This document shows positions 27,607 to 31,836 of a DNA stretch of 31,836 bases, piece by piece. The notes beneath the pieces were generated by a model. That model was not told the origin of the DNA. It ran no database searches and saw only the letters and a program-made list of their open reading frames with translations. How positions within the stretch are numbered: position 1 is the stretch's first letter; each line of letters opens with the position of its first letter. This stretch comes from Candidatus Zixiibacteriota bacterium (GTDB lineage Bacteria > Zixibacteria > MSB-5A5 > CAIYYT01). Where the stretch lies: contig JBECKX010000005.1 in assembly GCA_040235515.1 (NCBI GenBank), positions 1 through 31,836 on the forward strand. Reading direction: 5' to 3'. The position numbers and the translations under genes were made by a program.

Positions 27607-30600
27607 CTACAATCGTCCGAGCATTCGTTCGACCGTTTCCTTGAGTTGATTATCCTCACCCTTCTCGGCTGCAGTGAGGTCGAGTGGAATCACGAAGTCT
27701 GGCTGGACGCCATTATTTTCTAAGTTGTCCCCGGTCATGGAGAACCAGCCGACCGTCGGGATACTTAACGTGGCGCCATTGAGTAGCGTGTGTTGTTCGG
27801 TGCCGATTACCGCGCCGTAGCTGCGTTGACCGACGATTTCGCCCAGACCCAGTTCGCGGATACCCTGCGCCACGATCTCGGCGTCGGAACTGGTACGCTC
27901 ATCGATCAATACGGTGATATGGGGCGGCACCACCGCGCTGCCATCATATCCGGGGGAGCCGTGACGCGGCCGGTGGCTGATATACTCCCTGCGTGAGAGA
28001 ATGTTGATCAGACGGTCATGAGCGGCCCCGCCGATATTGCCACGCAGATCAAGAATCAGCCCCTGACGCCCTTCGGCATACTTGAGCAGTTCGGCTTCGA
28101 ATCGATCAAGGCTCTTTGGAGTGATCTGCCCCAGGTGGAAGTAGGCGATCTTGCCGCGCGACTGCTGGCTCACCTGGCTGCGCAGTTGTTCTACTTTTTC
28201 CTTATAGGTCAACTCGCGGTATTCGTCGGTAGTTACCGGTGTCAGGTAGACCGAGCGCGATATGCCGTTGCGGCTGATCAGATCGAGCTTCACTTCCTGC
28301 TGGGCCTGTCCCAGCAGGTGGGAGTAGATATCCTCGCTCGATTCGAGCTTGGTGCCGTTGACCGCCGTGATTTTATCATGCTTGTCGACTTTGGAGATTA
28401 AGCGCGACGATGGCGAATGCGGGACCACATCGGCGACGGTCACGCCCGGCGAGTTATCCTGAAAATCGGGAACGACACCGATCCAGCCATTCTCCGGGAA
28501 GGTTGAGGCGGCCGGCCAGATGTTGCAGTGGGATGCGTTGAGTTCACCGAGCATCTCGCGGACGATATCGTAGAAGTCATGGTCGTTTGTCACCGAGGCG
28601 ACGCGTGCGCTGAAGCGATTGCGCGTGTTCTCCCAGTCGACGCCGTGCAGCGATTCGTCGTAGAAATTCTCCCGCATCATTGCCCAGGCTTCCGCGAATA
28701 CCTGCTTGTATTGAGCCGACCTGCTGACCTGCCACTCGGCGCGAATCGGATGCTGGAGGGTCTCACCGGTTTGCACGTTGAGTGATTCGATCTTGCCGTC
28801 ACCATTCAGGTAGTAGAGCAGATCGCCGGCAGCGGCAAACTGGAGTTGATGCGGAGCATCGGCTTCCTTCATCAACACCTGTTCCCTGTCACCGTCGAGC
28901 GAGTGCGCCATGATGTTGCCGCTGCGGTCGGCATAGATAATGTAGTTGGTGCCGGGCGCCTGGATAGCCTCGGTTACATCTCCCTTGCTGGTCAGGCGGA
29001 CGTGCCGCTCCTGAATGCCGTCGAAATCGACCATGACCGGCGGGTAGACGATAGAATTGCTCGTTCCGTTGCGTGCGAGAAACTCTCTTCGCTCCGGCAC
29101 GGTCATCTCGGAAACGCGGCGATCGAGGTAGAGGTAGTAGATATCGCCCTGATTGAGGTAGTAAATCAGCTTGCCGTCGGGGGAGAAGCGTGGCGATGAG
29201 TAACCGCCCGGAAGATTGCTGATCAGTTCGACCGATCCACTCTCGGTATCGGCGATCAGGAGCTGGTTCATCCAGTCACTGGTGAACTGGGTATAGACGA
29301 TGTAGCGACCATCGCCTGACCAGGCATAGTCGCCGATGATTTCATTATCCGAAAAAGTCCGCTCTGTGCGTTTATCGAGATTGACCGAAAGCAACGAAGA
29401 TTTGCCACGAATGTAGGCGAGTCGACTGCCTGTCGGCGAGATTGTCGGGTTCATGCAGAACCGGTCGGAACTGACCAGCTCCTCTTCATTGAATTCTTTG
29501 GCAACCGCGGGACGATTTCGGCTGTCATTGGCAGGTTTGATCAGATAGACATTGAAACTGCCGTTGCCATTCTCGGAACAGACTATGCCGCGCGAATCGG
29601 GTGTCCAGGCAATGTCACAATTCACCGCCACGGAGTGTGAGACGCGACTCTGGGTCATACCGGTGATATCGCGGCAGAAGATTTCGCCCCCAACGACGTA
29701 GGCAATCTGTTGTCCATCGGGTGCGACGCGCAGTTCGGTGATGCCGCTGTCGACCGATTTGAAGGTCATATCGTTGTCTTTACCGGCGCCGGTGACATCC
29801 ACCATCAGTTTCCTACCCTGACTGAGGCGGGTGTCGTAGAGGTAGATTTCGCCATTCAATTCGTACGCCAACAAGCTGCCATCGGCTGAGAGAGATGGAA
29901 ACCCTGCGCAGAGGCGGTGACTCGTGATCTGTGTGACTTTGCCGCTGATTAGGTTTCTGCGGAAGAGATTGTAGCACCCGGTGGAGTCGGAGAGATAGAT
30001 CACTTCGGAGCCACTGGGGATCAGCCAGGCGTCGAGTTCGTTCCCGCTGAAGAAGGTGACGCGATCGATTGCGCCGGAACTGATATCTTTGGTAAAGATA
30101 TCGCAGGCGGCGGAGCCGCGATAACCTTTGCGCCACCAGGGGACGGCACCGCGGGTAAAGACGAGGGTTTCGCCGTCGCTTGAGTATCTTCCGCGGTCAG
30201 ATTCGATCCGGGTGAGTGGTCGGGGATGGCTGCCGGAGATTGGAACCTCCCAGACTGAAGTGTTCTCCAGTTCGCGGCGGGAGGTGAAGAGCACTTTTTT
30301 CCCTTTAGGGTCCCAGCCGGAGACGATATCGTCGTCGGTATTGTAGGTTAGCCTGATTTCTGAGCCGCCGGTGGCCGGGACGATATAGACATCGAAGTTG
30401 CCGTTGCGATCGCTGCTGAAAGCGATGAAGCGGCCATCGGGTGACCAGCAGGGGTAGCCATCATACCCGAGGTGAACCGTGAGTCGATTGGCGCGTCCGC
30501 CCTGGGCGGACACCAGCCACAAATCGCCCTGATAGGAAAAACAGATATTGGTGCCGTCCGGCGAGGGTGCGGGGTAGCGAAGGTTGACGGCATCGTCGGC

Positions 30601-30735
30601 AGAGAGCGAGCTGGCGGGCAGCATGAGCAGGGCGAGCATAAGCAACAACCAGCCTGCGAAAATGCCGGGCAGATTGAATCCCTGCTTTGCAGCAACACTG
30701 TTCGATGCACGAAATCTCAAGAAAATCCTCTCCAA
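27607..30735 (-). CDS. Tricorn-like S41 family protease (secreted; start uncertain)
   Basis: LRYPAPSPDG and PD40/TolB-like propeller repeats; ENFYD..LHGVDW; LGELNASH (His); PDZ-like region; DLRGNIGG; SSDAE (Ser); ENNGVQPD. Confidence 0.92.
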   Translation of the reverse strand: MERIFLRFRASNSVAAKQGFNLPGIFAGWLLLMLALLMLPASSLSADDAVNLRYPAPSPDGTNICFSYQGDLWLVSAQGGRANRLTVHLGYDGYPCWSPDGRFIAFSSDRNGNFDVYIVPATGGSEIRLTYNTDDDIVSGWDPKGKKVLFTSRRELENTSVWEVPISGSHPRPLTRIESDRGRYSSDGETLVFTRGAVPWWRKGYRGSAACDIFTKDISSGAIDRVTFFSGNELDAWLIPSGSEVIYLSDSTGCYNLFRRNLISGKVTQITSHRLCAGFPSLSADGSLLAYELNGEIYLYDTRLSQGRKLMVDVTGAGKDNDMTFKSVDSGITELRVAPDGQQIAYVVGGEIFCRDITGMTQSRVSHSVAVNCDIAWTPDSRGIVCSENGNGSFNVYLIKPANDSRNRPAVAKEFNEEELVSSDRFCMNPTISPTGSRLAYIRGKSSLLSVNLDKRTERTFSDNEIIGDYAWSGDGRYIVYTQFTSDWMNQLLIADTESGSVELISNLPGGYSSPRFSPDGKLIYYLNQGDIYYLYLDRRVSEMTVPERREFLARNGTSNSIVYPPVMVDFDGIQERHVRLTSKGDVTEAIQAPGTNYIIYADRSGNIMAHSLDGDREQVLMKEADAPHQLQFAAAGDLLYYLNGDGKIESLNVQTGETLQHPIRAEWQVSRSAQYKQVFAEAWAMMRENFYDESLHGVDWENTRNRFSARVASVTNDHDFYDIVREMLGELNASHCNIWPAASTFPENGWIGVVPDFQDNSPGVTVADVVPHSPSSRLISKVDKHDKITAVNGTKLESSEDIYSHLLGQAQQEVKLDLISRNGISRSVYLTPVTTDEYRELTYKEKVEQLRSQVSQQSRGKIAYFHLGQITPKSLDRFEAELLKYAEGRQGLILDLRGNIGGAAHDRLINILSRREYISHRPRHGSPGYDGSAVVPPHITVLIDERTSSDAEIVAQGIRELGLGEIVGQRSYGAVIGTEQHTLLNGATLSIPTVGWFSMTGDNLENNGVQPDFVIPLDLTAAEKGEDNQLKETVERMLGRL

Positions 30736-31013
30736 ACCGCTATACGGACCGATTATCGCCAGAGAGCGCTCCGGTCAGTCCTCTTAGTTTGACGAACTGG
30801 GGGCTCAAATGCAAAATTATTTTCCTGTGAATCTGCGCCGACCCGGCGCATCGATTCTGGCCAAGCTAAGACGCTGCCGGGCAAAGCCCCCGGCGAAAAT
30901 CGCAGAGCGTGACGCGCTCCGTCTGCCGATCTGCGCACACGATATGATTATGATACACCGGGTGTTATTACGAGATCGGGATAGTTGAATATTCGGAAAT
31001 CCCCTTCAAGAGA

Positions 31014-31050
31014 AGCGGCGGGAGTACTTTTTTCGTGTACTCCCGCCGCT
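31014..31050 (-). terminator. Intrinsic terminator-like hairpin downstream of the dockerin gene
   Basis: Perfect 14-bp stem AGCGGCGGGAGTAC / GTACTCCCGCCGCT, followed on the minus strand by TCTCTT. Confidence 0.65.
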
Positions 31051-31108
31051 GATGTTTCTTAGAGGCGAATGTGGCACTCGCCCTGGCGATCTCGTCCCGG
31101 CCTGGTTG

Positions 31109-31834
31109 CTAGTTAGCGCAGTTATTGCAGGGTACCGGGCCGCCACCGAAGATATAGTTGATTATGAAGACGGCGTCGCCGATTGACACGACGCTATCGC
31201 AGTTTACCTCTGCGGCAGCAGTCGGATTCGGCGCGGGACCGCCACCGAAGATAAAGTCGATCACGAACACGGCATCCGCGATTGTCACATTGCCGCTACC
31301 GTCAGCATCCCCGCAAACATAGGGAGGCGGAGGCGCATCGGTCACGACGATTGAGGTGGAGAGCGTATCGACGTTGGAGTTGTTGTCCTCGACCGCCACC
31401 GTAAAGAAATACTCGGCTTTAAAAGAGGGTGTTCCGGAGATATTCCCCGTTGTGCCGCCGGTAAAGGTACAGCCGAAGGGAACATCCCCACCGACAAATG
31501 ACCAGGTGTAGGGAGCTGTACCCCCGATCACCGGGAGATCATAGGAGTAGGCTTCGCCGAGGTAGGCGGCGGGTGGACTGTATGCCTGAATATGTACCGC
31601 GCCATCGCAGGCATCCCCGATGCCATCATGATTTTCATCGTACTGATCGACGTTCGGATCATCGGGGCAGTTATCACAGGCATTGCCGATGCCGTCGGAA
31701 TCGTTATCCACGACGTCGGGACAGGTGAAGCTGTCACTCCACTGCAACACATAGAGCCCCGTTTGCATGTCGGAGGCAATCAGGCGACCGGATGGCAGGT
31801 AAGGATAGACATTCCAGCAACCGGAATACCCACC
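31109..31834 (-). CDS. C-terminal part of a choice-of-anchor B-like secreted protein with TSP3, Ig-like and dockerin-like domains (5' end outside window)
   Basis: The frame stays open to the window edge: ..[30 protein letters not shown] (choice-of-anchor B-like C-terminus), then [20 protein letters not shown]...ISGTP and the dockerin-like tail. Confidence 0.85.
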   Translation of the reverse strand, partial: GGYSGCWNVYPYLPSGRLIASDMQTGLYVLQWSDSFTCPDVVDNDSDGIGNACDNCPDDPNVDQYDENHDGIGDACDGAVHIQAYSPPAAYLGEAYSYDLPVIGGTAPYTWSFVGGDVPFGCTFTGGTTGNISGTPSFKAEYFFTVAVEDNNSNVDTLSTSIVVTDAPPPPYVCGDADGSGNVTIADAVFVIDFIFGGGPAPNPTAAAEVNCDSVVSIGDAVFIINYIFGGGPVPCNNCAN

Positions 31835-31836
31835 AC

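Noticed and set aside
30878..30930. GGGCAAAG...GAAA...GACGC resembling a c-di-GMP-I riboswitch
   Set aside because: Stem pairing and the GACGCAAA element do not fit, and it is on the strand opposite the downstream tricorn gene. A cmscan run would settle it.

Overview
A gene-dense bacterial chromosomal segment, probably at a contig end because it opens with a 58-nt poly-C run. The C-terminal 'GD.D.SG.V.I.DAV..I.YIFGGGP.P' dockerin-like tails suggest candidate phylum Zixibacteria or a relative (inference). Recognisable genes: pruA (P5C dehydrogenase), a ferritin/rubrerythrin-like protein, YceI, a HEAT-repeat plus HD-GYP pair, murQ, an M20D amidohydrolase, secreted beta-propeller proteins, YbbR/CdaR-like, tsaD, tRNA-Arg(ACG), an alpha/beta hydrolase, a tricorn-type S41 protease and two TSP3+dockerin surface proteins. 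No CRISPR, integrase or transposase was seen. Strongest leads: (1) a Cyc2-like monoheme cytochrome-porin, a CX4CH lipoprotein cytochrome and YceI in one operon beside a ferritin-like gene, a candidate trans-envelope electron-transfer or iron module; (2) a 384-aa protein that appears to fuse a SLOG/DprA-like domain to an AbiGi/ADP-ribosyltransferase-like domain; (3) a histone-H1-like protein with a central Myb/GcrA-like HTH downstream of an array of CTAGTG and TGTAAGG motifs; (4) a cluster of unknown Cys-rich proteins, including a 58-aa zinc-ribbon ORF missing from the ORF track; (5) GTAG-type REP palindromes flanking pruA, and sigma28-like promoters. All family calls come from motif recognition by eye; no searches were run.
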